From Bacteroidales bacterium (GTDB lineage Bacteria > Bacteroidota > Bacteroidia > Bacteroidales > F082): a DNA stretch of 64,000 nt. The stretch is from positions 377 to 64,376 of the forward strand of contig JBFFLX010000001.1 in assembly GCA_041554435.1 (NCBI GenBank), in the 5' to 3' direction. Position 1 is the stretch's first letter. The number at the start of each line of letters is the position of its first letter. The translations under genes and the position numbers were made by a program. The notes under the pieces are model-generated. The model was not told where the DNA came from, did not search any database, and saw only the letters and a list, made by a program, of their open reading frames with translations. Below, piece by piece: positions 9,856 to 20,254 of the stretch.

Positions 9856-10866
9856 ATGCGAAAATTTTATACAATTAGTGTTTTTTTTATATTTTTATTG
9901 CTGATTTATTCATGTAATACTTCTAAGCAAATATCTGAATCTAAAGCAGATTCAGAAAATGCGCGCAATTCAAAACTGGTTGAAACTATAAATATAATTT
10001 CTCCATCCATTATAAAGATAGATGTGTTGGGATTTTATAAAACATGGTATTTTGGGGAGGAAAAATTTATGCTCCTTGAAAAAATTGATTATAACAAAAT
10101 TGATGAAGAATGTGTTTTTTCTGAAATTACTTCTGAAACAATAAGTGGCACTGCAATAGTTTTATCCTCAACTAATGAAATAAGCGGTATGATTACCTGC
10201 GCCCATGTTGTGGATTACCCTGATACAGTAGTTACTTACCATAACACAAATAAATCAATAGTAAGGTCTATTTCTATTAAGCAGCAGCAAAACATATATG
10301 TATCGGGCAAATCGATAGACAATAAGATTGAAATTATTGCTATGGATGAGAAAAGTGATTTGGCGTTTCTAAAGAGGACTATTTCAACCAATGAAATGAT
10401 ACCTCCTTCTTTTTCATTAAAAAAGGGTAAAGTTGAGAAATTGGAATGGGGATCAAAAATATATGTTCTGGGATATCCTTTGGGAAAATTTATGATAACA
10501 GAAGGGATAGTTAGTGTTAATAAATCCACAAATAAAAGGTTTATTAGTGATGCTCTATTTAATAGAGGAATTAGTGGCAGCCCGGTATTTGGATTACAAG
10601 ATGAAAGTTCAGATTATGTGTGGTTGGGAATGGCAAGTTCTGCTGCATCTCAAAGTTTTGATTACTTAGAACCAAAGGATAGCAGAGAGGGGTATCAAAA
10701 CTTTAATGAAGATGTATACCAAGGAGCCATAGTTAAAAATAAGCAGTTAATAAATTATGGTGTAACTTATTCTATTTCAATTGAAGAAATAGTTACATTT
10801 GTGGCCAATAATAGGATGGCAATTAGTCGTGCCGGATTTGATGCTGATTTAATCATTTCTAAATAA
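9856..10866 (+). CDS. Trypsin-like (S1) serine protease lipoprotein
   Basis: Lipobox LLIYSC and triad contexts TCAHVV, SDLAFLK and GISGSPVF. I prefer the ATG at 9856 over the track's TTG at 9826. Confidence 0.7.
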   Translation: MRKFYTISVFFIFLLLIYSCNTSKQISESKADSENARNSKLVETINIISPSIIKIDVLGFYKTWYFGEEKFMLLEKIDYNKIDEECVFSEITSETISGTAIVLSSTNEISGMITCAHVVDYPDTVVTYHNTNKSIVRSISIKQQQNIYVSGKSIDNKIEIIAMDEKSDLAFLKRTISTNEMIPPSFSLKKGKVEKLEWGSKIYVLGYPLGKFMITEGIVSVNKSTNKRFISDALFNRGISGSPVFGLQDESSDYVWLGMASSAASQSFDYLEPKDSREGYQNFNEDVYQGAIVKNKQLINYGVTYSISIEEIVTFVANNRMAISRAGFDADLIISK

Positions 10867-10881
10867 ATACTAGAATAAAGA

Positions 10882-11688
10882 GTGACTAAAAAATATAAAA
10901 AAGAGGCAGGATCTTTTGAGGAATTTAGAATTAGGCGAGGCAAAAGAATATTCGATATTGGATTCTCCTTATTAGCCATAATTTTCTTTTTACCAATAAT
11001 GCTCATCATTGCCTTATTAATAAAACTGGAGAGCAAGGGCCCCGTATTTTATATAAGTAAACGTATAGGAACTGGTTACGACATATTTAACTTCTATAAG
11101 TTTAGATCCATGAGGCTGGGAGCTGATATGGAACGCGCCAAATTATCTAAAATGAACGAATATCTTATTAGTTATAAAGACAAAACGGATTTGTTCAAAA
11201 ATATAGAAGAATGCCCCGATTGTGCTATGGTTGAAGGAACTTGTTCCCCGCTGCTTTATATAGATGGTGTAGAAATTTGTGAGAATCTCTACTTAAAAAA
11301 GAAGAGAGAGGTTTTACTTAAGAATACTTTCTTTAAGGTTAAAAACGACCCCAGAGTAACTAAGGTAGGCAAGTTTATAAGAGCAACTAATTTGGATGAA
11401 TTACCTCAGTTTTTCAATGTTCTCAAAGGAGATATGTCGATAGTTGGTAATAGGCCATTACCTATTTACGAAGCAGAAAAACTTACAACCGATGAGTGGG
11501 CTTATAGATTTTTAGCTCCGGCAGGAATTACTGGCTTATGGCAGATAAGCAAAGGCGGATTTAGTCATGCAGAGGAAAGAATACGGATGGACAACCGCTA
11601 CTCTCTTGTTTCAAGCCCTCTTGCCGATTTAAAGATTATACTTAAAACTATTCCAACAATATTTTATTTTCATCGCAACCCATATTAG
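10882..11688 (+). CDS. Polyprenyl-phosphate glycosyl-1-phosphate transferase (bacterial sugar transferase family) with a Cys-rich insertion
   Basis: KRIFDI plus TM helix, YKFRSM, DPRVTKVGKFIRATNLDELPQFFNVLKGDMSIVGNRPLP. GTG start. Confidence 0.8.
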   Translation: MTKKYKKEAGSFEEFRIRRGKRIFDIGFSLLAIIFFLPIMLIIALLIKLESKGPVFYISKRIGTGYDIFNFYKFRSMRLGADMERAKLSKMNEYLISYKDKTDLFKNIEECPDCAMVEGTCSPLLYIDGVEICENLYLKKKREVLLKNTFFKVKNDPRVTKVGKFIRATNLDELPQFFNVLKGDMSIVGNRPLPIYEAEKLTTDEWAYRFLAPAGITGLWQISKGGFSHAEERIRMDNRYSLVSSPLADLKIILKTIPTIFYFHRNPY

Positions 11689-12920
11689 TGCTTCTTTTTT
11701 ATTGCTGCGATACGCTGCAGAAGAGTGGGGTGGGAGTAATGAAAGAAAACATACAATTTGTGCGGTGTAAGGTTACTCAAATTGTTTACCGATAATTTTT
11801 TAAGAGAATTTATCAGATATTCCCCAAATCCATATTCGTTAGCAAATTCATCAGCCTCAAATTCATTCGACCGGGAAAGTTTATTGGTAGAAATCCCTAT
11901 TAAAAATGAAATTGGAGAGTATAAAAGCCCAAATGCTATAATTCCCATATAAAAACTCGGTTCGATAGCCCCAATGGATTTTGATACTTCCGGATATTCG
12001 AGAGCTATAGATAATAGAAAGAGCATTGCAGCACTTTGGAAAATTGAAATTGCCAAGCCTTTGTATATGTGCTTCTTTTTATAATGGCCAATTTCATGAG
12101 CAAGTACAGCAACTATCTCATCATCTGTTAAATCATTGATTAATGTGTCGAACAATACTATCATTTTTTTTGGGCCAAAACCCGAAAAATATGCATTAGC
12201 TTTCGTACTTCTTTTACTGCCATCTATGGTGTAAATATTTTTTAATTTGAAATTACACTTATATGCGAAATCACTAATCTTTTGTTTTAAACTACCATCT
12301 TCCAAAGGCATTAATTTGTTAAAAAGCGGAACTATTAAACTCGAATAAAACATAGCCATGAAAATCATAAAAGCAGTTAAACCACCCAAAACAACAGGAA
12401 CAAAAAGATTGTTTAACGACAACCATGCCCATAAAATAAAACTCATTAAAGCACCACCAATAAGCACTGATACTAACCATGATTTTAATTTATCTCCAAT
12501 AAACGTTTTAGGAGTGGTTTTGTTAAAGCCGTATTTTTCTTCAATAACAAAAGTAGAATATATTTGAAAGGGCAAAGTAATTAAATCAAATGACAAACCT
12601 ATTATTCCAAAAAACGCAAGTGTCCTAAGGTATTCATTATCAGTAATATCTCTCACTAAGCCATCGATAAATGTAAAGCCACCAAAAAACAGCATTCCCA
12701 GAATTATTAATAAACTAAAAATACTGCTTACAAGAGAGAACTTAGAGGTCTCCTTTTCGTAGAGTTGCGACTTTTTGTATTTATCTTCTTCATAAATACC
12801 ATTTAACTCTTTAGGTAATTCTTCTTTTAAACTTTTAATATTGAGGTAGTCGAGATATTTTTCAAAAATAAAATCGAATATAATTATGCCAATAATAAGC
12901 CAAAACAATATGGTTTCCAT
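11685..12920 (-). CDS. M48 family (Ste24/HtpX-like) zinc metallopeptidase
   Basis: Multi-TM N-terminal region and HEIGHYKKKH zinc motif. Its stop overlaps the convergent sugar-transferase stop by 4 nt. Confidence 0.85.
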   Translation of the reverse strand: METILFWLIIGIIIFDFIFEKYLDYLNIKSLKEELPKELNGIYEEDKYKKSQLYEKETSKFSLVSSIFSLLIILGMLFFGGFTFIDGLVRDITDNEYLRTLAFFGIIGLSFDLITLPFQIYSTFVIEEKYGFNKTTPKTFIGDKLKSWLVSVLIGGALMSFILWAWLSLNNLFVPVVLGGLTAFMIFMAMFYSSLIVPLFNKLMPLEDGSLKQKISDFAYKCNFKLKNIYTIDGSKRSTKANAYFSGFGPKKMIVLFDTLINDLTDDEIVAVLAHEIGHYKKKHIYKGLAISIFQSAAMLFLLSIALEYPEVSKSIGAIEPSFYMGIIAFGLLYSPISFLIGISTNKLSRSNEFEADEFANEYGFGEYLINSLKKLSVNNLSNLTPHKLYVFFHYSHPTLLQRIAAIKKKH

Positions 12921-12947
12921 TTCAAATATTATTTAGTTATTTTAGAA

Positions 12948-15029
12948 TTAATACGAACCCATATATTTTCTGATAAACCATTCAGAAATTAAGAGTATTA
13001 AAATTGTTGCAAGCAAAGCAAACAAATTATTTAAGCCTTTGTAAGTATTTGAATAACTTACTCTTTTGCTTGAATTAATATTATTCAAATAAACGTTAAC
13101 ACTATCATAATTACTAAGTTCAACAAAATGTCCCTGGCTTCTTGCAGATAGTTTGTAAAGTTGGCTAAAGTTGGCTTTTAATTGCTGAAATTCTTTTTTA
13201 TTTTTTGTTACCAGAAATGCTCCCTTATCAGAGAATATTTCCTCTTTATACTTAGTTGTGGCATTGAATTTATAACTTCCTGGTTCTAAGTTTTGTATAT
13301 CCAACTTGTAAATGCCATTGTCGGGTGTGTATATAAAGTCGAATTTCTCATTTTTCTCATTTGTAAGTTGCAGATTTATTTCAGCATCTTCTATGGGCTC
13401 AAATGATTTATTGTAGAATTCAGCTTGTAGGCTAATTTTACCGGGTATGTAGTATTCACCACTACTATGAACCCTTAACCTTCTCTTATCTTGTTTTACA
13501 CTAAGGAATTGAACAATTTTTCCCACAATATTATCGAAATCTGAAAACTCTTTCTTTTCAATATATACATGATTTCTCCACTTCCAAATACCGGTACCCA
13601 TAATTAATGCCTTCTTTATGCCTTCGTCCTCAATAAAATATATTAGTGGAAAGTTCGATTTAATATCATTGATTTTCTGCCATGCTAACACCTTCGAATT
13701 ATCGATTCCAGAAAAATTTAAAAGGGGAATTTGCAGAGGGGGAAGCCTTTCAATTAATTCTTTATCAATATTATCAATCTTGAAATAAGAAAAATTTGTA
13801 TTTATAGAAGCAGTGCTGTTATCGTAATTTCTCAATCCGGAACTTATTCCGGAATTCTGGAAATAATATCTCAAAGTATTTATATCAGTTTGCTTCCCAA
13901 CTATGCCAAGGATTGCTAGTTTATGGGTTTTGGCTTCCTTTATAATTTTTGGAATTTTATAGTTGACAGAGGGTAATTGATGTAAAATTAACAAGTTATA
14001 ATTTTCTAAATTTTCTATTTTATTATAGGCAAATTTTATCTCCACACTATAATTTTTAAAACTTTCCAGCGATTGCTTCAGGGCTGATAAATCAGGATGG
14101 GGAGAGTTTGCTATAATCAGTATCTTTTGTTTCGAATCGATAATATCAATGTAAATATCCGATTCATTGTTCTTGGTGTTGTTTTCTTCAATTTCGCTTT
14201 CAAGTTCAAATCTCAAATGCATTTTACCTGCCTCTTTTGTGATAAATGAGAATGGAATAGTTTTGTTAAATGCCTGATTAGTAATGTCTATGCTTTTGCT
14301 TTCGATAAATTTGCCTTGCTGATAGGTTTTAAGTTTTACTTTTTCGTTTTTCATGCCGAAGGCGGAAAAATTAAATTCAACGGCAATATTTTCATTTAAA
14401 TAGTTAATACTATTATAGCTTATGTCGTTAATTTTTAAGTCGGCTAAACTGGAAGTGTCTCCAACTCCAACAGTAAATATTTTATAAGTACTACCAATAT
14501 TTATGTCTCCGGGTCTTCTGCCCTTATTATAAATGCCGTCTCCAATTAAAACCAGTCCTTCTACTTCAGTAGATGAATAGTGTTTGTCGATATAGTTAAG
14601 TAGTTGAGAGTAATCTGAATAGCTGTCTGTAAAATCCGGGTTTTGAAATTTTATTTCTTCTCCAAAAGAAATGTTTTCAATGTCGAAATCATTTTCGAAT
14701 TCACTAACTGTTTTATTAATATTATCACTTAACTTTTTGTTTATATTGATGGAATCTTTTGAAGCCATCATTGACATAGAATTATCCACAGCAATAATTA
14801 GTTTGGGTTTTTGTATTTTCTTTTGAGTTGTTTTTACGAAAGGTTTTAGTAGCAATAAGCATATCAAGCCAACCGACAGAAATCGGAAGAAGAATAAGAG
14901 ATAATTGTAAAATTTGCTGAGTTTGTTCTTTTTGTTATTCCAATACAAAATTCCAGCATAGATTAGGCCAATTAATACTGGAAATATTAAGGCCCACATC
15001 GGATAATCTATGCTAAATTGACTAATCAT
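12948..15029 (-). CDS. Membrane-anchored protein with a vWA-like DxSxS segment, function unknown
   Basis: N-terminal double TM (BatA-N-like), LIIAVDNSMSM MIDAS-like motif, and a C-terminal TM anchor LFALLATILILLISEWF. Confidence 0.5.
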   Translation of the reverse strand: MISQFSIDYPMWALIFPVLIGLIYAGILYWNNKKNKLSKFYNYLLFFFRFLSVGLICLLLLKPFVKTTQKKIQKPKLIIAVDNSMSMMASKDSININKKLSDNINKTVSEFENDFDIENISFGEEIKFQNPDFTDSYSDYSQLLNYIDKHYSSTEVEGLVLIGDGIYNKGRRPGDINIGSTYKIFTVGVGDTSSLADLKINDISYNSINYLNENIAVEFNFSAFGMKNEKVKLKTYQQGKFIESKSIDITNQAFNKTIPFSFITKEAGKMHLRFELESEIEENNTKNNESDIYIDIIDSKQKILIIANSPHPDLSALKQSLESFKNYSVEIKFAYNKIENLENYNLLILHQLPSVNYKIPKIIKEAKTHKLAILGIVGKQTDINTLRYYFQNSGISSGLRNYDNSTASINTNFSYFKIDNIDKELIERLPPLQIPLLNFSGIDNSKVLAWQKINDIKSNFPLIYFIEDEGIKKALIMGTGIWKWRNHVYIEKKEFSDFDNIVGKIVQFLSVKQDKRRLRVHSSGEYYIPGKISLQAEFYNKSFEPIEDAEINLQLTNEKNEKFDFIYTPDNGIYKLDIQNLEPGSYKFNATTKYKEEIFSDKGAFLVTKNKKEFQQLKANFSQLYKLSARSQGHFVELSNYDSVNVYLNNINSSKRVSYSNTYKGLNNLFALLATILILLISEWFIRKYMGSY

Positions 15030-15045
15030 ATTCTAAGTTTAGGAA

Positions 15046-15081
15046 TAAAACAAAAAGCAGACCTTAATAGTTAAGATCTGC
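15046..15081 (-). terminator. Probable rho-independent terminator after fabG
   Basis: On the minus strand this reads gcagatcttaa-cta-ttaaggtctgc (11-bp stem with 1 mismatch) followed by tttttgtttt. Confidence 0.45.
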
Positions 15082-15107
15082 AATTAAATTTAAATTTTGT
15101 TTAAATA

Positions 15108-15863
15108 TTATGTGTCCATACCTCCGCAAACATTAATTACCTGTCCTGATACATAGGATGATAAATCGGAAGCGAGGAATGTTGCTACACTAGCTACGTC
15201 CTCAGGTTTTCCGGAACGACGAAGAGGGATAGTTTTTATCCATGCTTCTCTAACATCTTCCTTAAGTTTATGAGTCATTTCTGTTTCGATAAATCCGGGT
15301 GCTATTGCATTGCAACGAATATTACGTGATCCCAATTCCTGAGCAATGGATTTTGTAAAGCCAATCATTCCAGCTTTTGAAGCAGAATAATTTGATTGCC
15401 CTGCATTTCCGCTAACTCCAACTACCGAACTCATATTTATGATTGTTCCAAATCTTTGTTTCATCATTGGTTTTTGCACGGCTTTTGTAAGATTAAAAAC
15501 CGATTTAAGGTTAACTGTTAAAACCATATCCCAGTCTTTTTCCTGCATACGCATCAAGAGGTTGTCACGAGTAATACCTGCATTATTAACAAGTATGTCT
15601 ATTTTTTCAAAATCTGTTATAACATCTTGTACGAGTTTTTCACTATCTTCAAAAGAAGCAGCATTGGATGCATATCCTTTTGCTTTGATATTTAATGAGT
15701 TAAGTTCTTGTTCGGTCTCTTTCATGAACTCGTCATAATTTAGGTCGGTAAAAGCAATATTTGCTCCTTCTTCAGCAAATTTCATTGCTATTGCTTTGCC
15801 GATACCTCTGGCAGCACCTGTAATTAATGCAGTTTTACCATCAAGTAATTTCATCTGTTTCAA
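15108..15863 (-). CDS. fabG: 3-oxoacyl-[ACP] reductase
   Basis: SDR motifs TGAARGIGKAIA, NNAG and YSASKAG. Confidence 0.92.
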   Translation of the reverse strand: MKQMKLLDGKTALITGAARGIGKAIAMKFAEEGANIAFTDLNYDEFMKETEQELNSLNIKAKGYASNAASFEDSEKLVQDVITDFEKIDILVNNAGITRDNLLMRMQEKDWDMVLTVNLKSVFNLTKAVQKPMMKQRFGTIINMSSVVGVSGNAGQSNYSASKAGMIGFTKSIAQELGSRNIRCNAIAPGFIETEMTHKLKEDVREAWIKTIPLRRSGKPEDVASVATFLASDLSSYVSGQVINVCGGMDT

Positions 15864-16030
15864 TATATTTATTAATAAATCGCTTTTTTAATTTTCTATT
15901 TCTACAATAAAATAATCTAAATTTTAGAAGCGTCAAATATAGTTTAAAAATTTCTACTTAGAATTTGACTATTTATTAAATAAGCATAAAGTAATAATAG
16001 TATAACAATGATACAATGTTGTAGGATCGT

Positions 16031-17203
16031 TTAGTTCATGCTATTTAAGGGGAACTTCATTCTAATTACAGCTCCTGCATCATCACTATTTAGGGCTTCT
16101 ATACTGCCATTATGCATATCTATTATCAACTTAACTGCGGCAAGAGAAAGTCCTGATCCTTCAATGTGTGATACATCTCCGGCACCAAAGAGTTCAAAAA
16201 TTCTATTCAAAGCCAAAGGGGAAAAACCAGGTCCATAATCTTGAATTTCAACACTAAGGTGTTGTTCATTACGTTTTACATTAATATCAATGGGTGAATT
16301 TTTACCTGAATATTTATATGAGTTTTCAAGTATAAGTATAATGCTCTGTCGTATAAGGTCTGAATCAGCGAAAATTAAGGGTTTTTCATCGTTTGAATAA
16401 TAATTAATGTCAATATCAGCATTGTTTTCTTTTAAGAATTTCTTTATGGCCGATTGAATTAGGTGATTAACCGATACTGAAAGGAAATCGGGTTGATATT
16501 TTTTTATTTTTAAACTGGTTATAAGGAGAGCCATATCGGAAAATTGCACTAGTCTTTCTGATACTTTTTTGAGGTGTTCGATATATTCGTTCTGACTAGT
16601 ATCTACTTCAGTTTCGCCTAATAGGTTTGCCAATCCGATTATACCATTTAAAGGTGTCCTTAATTCGTGACTAATTATTGAAAGAAAGTCGCTCTTTGTT
16701 TTATCCAGTTTCTCAAGTAGTGAGTTGGCTTGTTGTAATTGCTTTGTTCTTTCCCTGACTTTATTTTCCAACTCAATATTATTTTTTTCTAATTGTAGTT
16801 TTTGATCCTGTAGTTGTATTTGTGTCTTAACACGGGCAATTAATTCTGAAGAATTAAAAGGCTTTGTTATATAGTCCTGTCCACCGGTTTCGAATCCTTT
16901 AACAATACTTTCCATATCAGCCTTTGCTGTTAAAAAAATTACAGGAACAGAAGCGGTTTGTTCACTCTTTTTGAGATGTTTGCATACTTCATAGCCATCC
17001 ATTTCAGGCATCATAATATCGAGCAATATCAAGTCGAAATTTTGTGTATTAGTAATCTTTAATGCCTGTCGGCCATTTTGAGCATATGCTATTTGATAAC
17101 CATTGCTAGAAAGTATATTTCCCAGGATTTGGATGTTTCTAGCAACATCATCAACAATAAGTATTTTTTTCTTTTCTCCTACTTCAGGTCTGCTATTAGT
17201 CAT
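16031..17203 (-). CDS. Hybrid response regulator-histidine kinase (N-terminal REC, coiled coil, HisKA, HATPase_c)
   Basis: REC features: ILIVDD, DLILLDIMMPEMDG, FLTAKAD. H-box ISHELRTPLNGIIG. G-boxes DYGPGF and GSGLSL. Confidence 0.88.
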   Translation of the reverse strand: MTNSRPEVGEKKKILIVDDVARNIQILGNILSSNGYQIAYAQNGRQALKITNTQNFDLILLDIMMPEMDGYEVCKHLKKSEQTASVPVIFLTAKADMESIVKGFETGGQDYITKPFNSSELIARVKTQIQLQDQKLQLEKNNIELENKVRERTKQLQQANSLLEKLDKTKSDFLSIISHELRTPLNGIIGLANLLGETEVDTSQNEYIEHLKKVSERLVQFSDMALLITSLKIKKYQPDFLSVSVNHLIQSAIKKFLKENNADIDINYYSNDEKPLIFADSDLIRQSIILILENSYKYSGKNSPIDINVKRNEQHLSVEIQDYGPGFSPLALNRIFELFGAGDVSHIEGSGLSLAAVKLIIDMHNGSIEALNSDDAGAVIRMKFPLNSMN

Positions 17204-20200
17204 TGAATATAAATTTTAATTTAGATAATAATATTTCTATATTGTCGATATCAAATTTTGTTAATGCCACTTTCAATTCTTCGCTGAACTGTATTAAGGA
17301 CATCAATTTCTTTTGCTCAGAAAACTGCTTGAGTTTATGGTTAAATACTTCGATATCTGATATTAATTTGCTGTTTGAAATTTTTAAATAGTCTTCCATA
17401 AAGAACTCTTTCATTTCAGACTTAATTTGATTGTCAATTAGGTTTAATTCTAATTCATCCAACAAATTTGATGAATTTTCAAATTGCATTATTTCATTTT
17501 CAGTAATTTCTTTAGTTGTTTCTGCCCTTCTATTTTTATTTAATGTAACAACTTCAATATCATGCAAGTAGATAGTAAACACACTCCCTTGTCCAACTTT
17601 ACTTTCTAATTCCAGTTTACCATCCATCATTTCGGCTAGTTGTTTTGTAATTGCTAAGCCTAATCCACTTCCTTTGTTACTATCCTGTGATAATATGCTT
17701 CCTTGTGTAAAGGCAGTAAATATTAGTTTTTGGTCTTTTTTTGATATTCCCGGCCCAGTATCAGAAATGACTATTTGTAGATCTATATGACCTTCTTTCT
17801 TGCTCTTTCTGAAGATGTTGAAACTTACTTTAATCTCGCCTTCCTTCGTAAATTTGGAAGCATTTCCTACTAAGTTTAGCAACATCTGTCTAAGCCTTAC
17901 TCCATCAATTTTTATATATTCCTTAAATTCATCATTTTGTTCAACTATGAACTTAACACCTTTGTTTCTTAATTGGATATAAAATATTTGCTTTATTTCA
18001 TTTATTATGGTGTTTAATGAAACAGAATTGTAGTTGAGGTTTAGTTTTCCTGCTTGTATTTTAGATAGGTCCAGGATGTCGTTTATAAGAGTAAGCAAAC
18101 TTTTGCTACTTGAATCTATTGCTGAAATATAACTTTGCTTTTTACTGTCTTCTTCAAGTTTTAATAATAATTCAGTAAAACCAATTATAGAGTTCATTGG
18201 AGTTCTTATTTCATGACTAATATTAGCCAGAAAAGTGCTTTTTGCTTCATAAGCCTCTTGAGCCTCTTTTATTGCATTTTCAACCTCTTTGTTCTTTTGG
18301 AGCAGGGCTTTATTACTTAATTTTAACTCAATTTGTGAATTTTTTAAAGCGAGTTCTGCCTTTCTTCGCTTTGTAACATCCTCCACTAAGCCCTCTATAT
18401 ATTTAATTTCTCCATTGTAGTTTCTTACCAGCCAGGCACTTTCCAAAACATACATTTCTTTGCCATTGGCTCCTATCCACTTTTCTTCTCTACCAGTAAT
18501 AACTCCTTTTTCTTTAATTTCTTCAATAAATTTTGGTCGGTTGAAATAGTTATCTGCAATATTGATCTTGTATAATTCCTTTTCATTTTTATAACCAAGA
18601 GTTTTTATGAGATTTTTATTTGCAAACAGTATGTCTCCCTTTTCATTTGTTTGATATATCCCAATGGTAGCATTATCAACTATTCCTTTAAATTGCTCTC
18701 TACTTTCAGCCAAAGAAATGTTTAACTGACTGAGTTTTTCTTTTTGTATGGTAATTTCTTTGTTTTTAAAGGCTAAAATACTATAGTTTTTGCGGCTAAC
18801 TTTAATGCGGGCATTCACAAAAAATATCAAAATAAAAGTGATTAGAATTATTAATGCAGAAAAAATAATAGTAAAGAATCTTGAATTTTTCTCCCTTTCA
18901 AGTTGTAATTTTTGAATTTCGTTTTTTTGTTTTAGTAGTTGATTTTCAGTTTCTTTTTTCTCCGATTCGTATTTTATATCAAGTTCTTCAAGAATCTTAT
19001 TCGTATTCTCTTTAAAAGTGTTTTCTTCAAGGGTTGTATAGTCTTTTAGGTATTTATAAGCCAAATAGTAGTTTTTCTGTCGTGTATAAAAATCAGATAT
19101 TGATTTTAGGGCTTCCAACTCCACATCTGTAAAATTTATTTTTCTACTCGACAAAAGAGCCTTTTTTAAATATATTTCTGATGAATCATCAATAGTTAGT
19201 TTGTTAAATATCTGACCCATAATCAAATAACTAATCGAAATTCGCTTCTCGTCGCCAACTTCATGTTTTATTTGAAGAGAATTTCGCTGATAAAATAATG
19301 CAGAGTCTAAGTTGCCAAATTTATAATAAGCTTCTCCTATATTACTTAGGGCTATTGAATACAGTCTTTTGTTGTTTACCTTTTTATTTAATAATATTGC
19401 TTCACGATTTATTTCAATACATTTCTTAAAATCCTCCTTTTTAGTATATATATCTCCAATATGCATTAAAGCATTCATTTCATTTAAGTAATCATCATTT
19501 AGTTTATAATATTTGTAGGCCTGATGGTAATAATCCATGGCCCTGTCGTATTTTTTCCAGTTTTGCATTACTACGCCTAAACTAATTGATATCCCTGCAA
19601 GCCCATTGTCGTCGCCTATATCTTCATAAATATCTCTGGCATTTTGCATCAAACCTATTGCTTTTTCATAATCGCCCCAGGTTGAAACAACCACAGCAAG
19701 CCCTTTCATCGATTTTGCTATGCCTTGCCTATTACCATTAGTATTGTAAATATCAAGTGCCTTTTGGAAATTTTCTTCTGCAGTTCTATATTGGCTTAAA
19801 TTATAGTAATTCGAAGCAATATTGTAAATTACATCAGCAATATTCGAACTGTCACCTTTTGTTTTCTGGTTTTTAAGAATTAACTGAAGAGTGGTGTCGG
19901 CAGCTTTATAATCACATGCATGACTTTGTTTTTGCCAGATAACAGATAATAATGAATCAACAGCTTCTTTGTTGTTAAGGTTTCTATAAAAAGATAAGCC
20001 CAATTGATCATAAAATATTGATCGGTTTATATTAGTTTTTGCATAAAATAATGACAGTTGTTTTGATGAGTTAATCTTTTCTTGTAAATTTAAACTATCA
20101 CCATTATTAAACTCTCTAAGCAAACTGTCGTACTCTATATTAGATGCACTTATGGTTGAAATAAGTACTAAAAGACAACTTCCCCATATTAACTTAAAAA

Positions 20201-20246
20201 TGTAGTTTTTGGCCTTAAAATAGTATTTGCTGTAAGTAGTGCCCAT
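17196..20246 (-). CDS. TPR-repeat, PAS-containing transmembrane sensor histidine kinase
   Basis: N-terminal anchor, about 8 TPR-like repeats, coiled coil, TM helix FFTIIFSALIILITFILIFFV and a PAS region. H-box ISHEIRTPMNSIIGF and GSGLGLAITK. A C-terminal tail of about 120 aa contains FNHKLKQF. Confidence 0.88.
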   Translation of the reverse strand: MGTTYSKYYFKAKNYIFKLIWGSCLLVLISTISASNIEYDSLLREFNNGDSLNLQEKINSSKQLSLFYAKTNINRSIFYDQLGLSFYRNLNNKEAVDSLLSVIWQKQSHACDYKAADTTLQLILKNQKTKGDSSNIADVIYNIASNYYNLSQYRTAEENFQKALDIYNTNGNRQGIAKSMKGLAVVVSTWGDYEKAIGLMQNARDIYEDIGDDNGLAGISISLGVVMQNWKKYDRAMDYYHQAYKYYKLNDDYLNEMNALMHIGDIYTKKEDFKKCIEINREAILLNKKVNNKRLYSIALSNIGEAYYKFGNLDSALFYQRNSLQIKHEVGDEKRISISYLIMGQIFNKLTIDDSSEIYLKKALLSSRKINFTDVELEALKSISDFYTRQKNYYLAYKYLKDYTTLEENTFKENTNKILEELDIKYESEKKETENQLLKQKNEIQKLQLEREKNSRFFTIIFSALIILITFILIFFVNARIKVSRKNYSILAFKNKEITIQKEKLSQLNISLAESREQFKGIVDNATIGIYQTNEKGDILFANKNLIKTLGYKNEKELYKINIADNYFNRPKFIEEIKEKGVITGREEKWIGANGKEMYVLESAWLVRNYNGEIKYIEGLVEDVTKRRKAELALKNSQIELKLSNKALLQKNKEVENAIKEAQEAYEAKSTFLANISHEIRTPMNSIIGFTELLLKLEEDSKKQSYISAIDSSSKSLLTLINDILDLSKIQAGKLNLNYNSVSLNTIINEIKQIFYIQLRNKGVKFIVEQNDEFKEYIKIDGVRLRQMLLNLVGNASKFTKEGEIKVSFNIFRKSKKEGHIDLQIVISDTGPGISKKDQKLIFTAFTQGSILSQDSNKGSGLGLAITKQLAEMMDGKLELESKVGQGSVFTIYLHDIEVVTLNKNRRAETTKEITENEIMQFENSSNLLDELELNLIDNQIKSEMKEFFMEDYLKISNSKLISDIEVFNHKLKQFSEQKKLMSLIQFSEELKVALTKFDIDNIEILLSKLKFIFND

Positions 20247-20254
20247 TGATAAGT

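Noticed and set aside
14782-14790. Perfect DnaA box TTATCCACA
   Set aside because: It is a single isolated 9-mer inside the coding sequence of the vWA-like membrane protein, with no neighbouring boxes or AT-rich unwinding element. One such hit in 64 kb on two strands is about what chance predicts.
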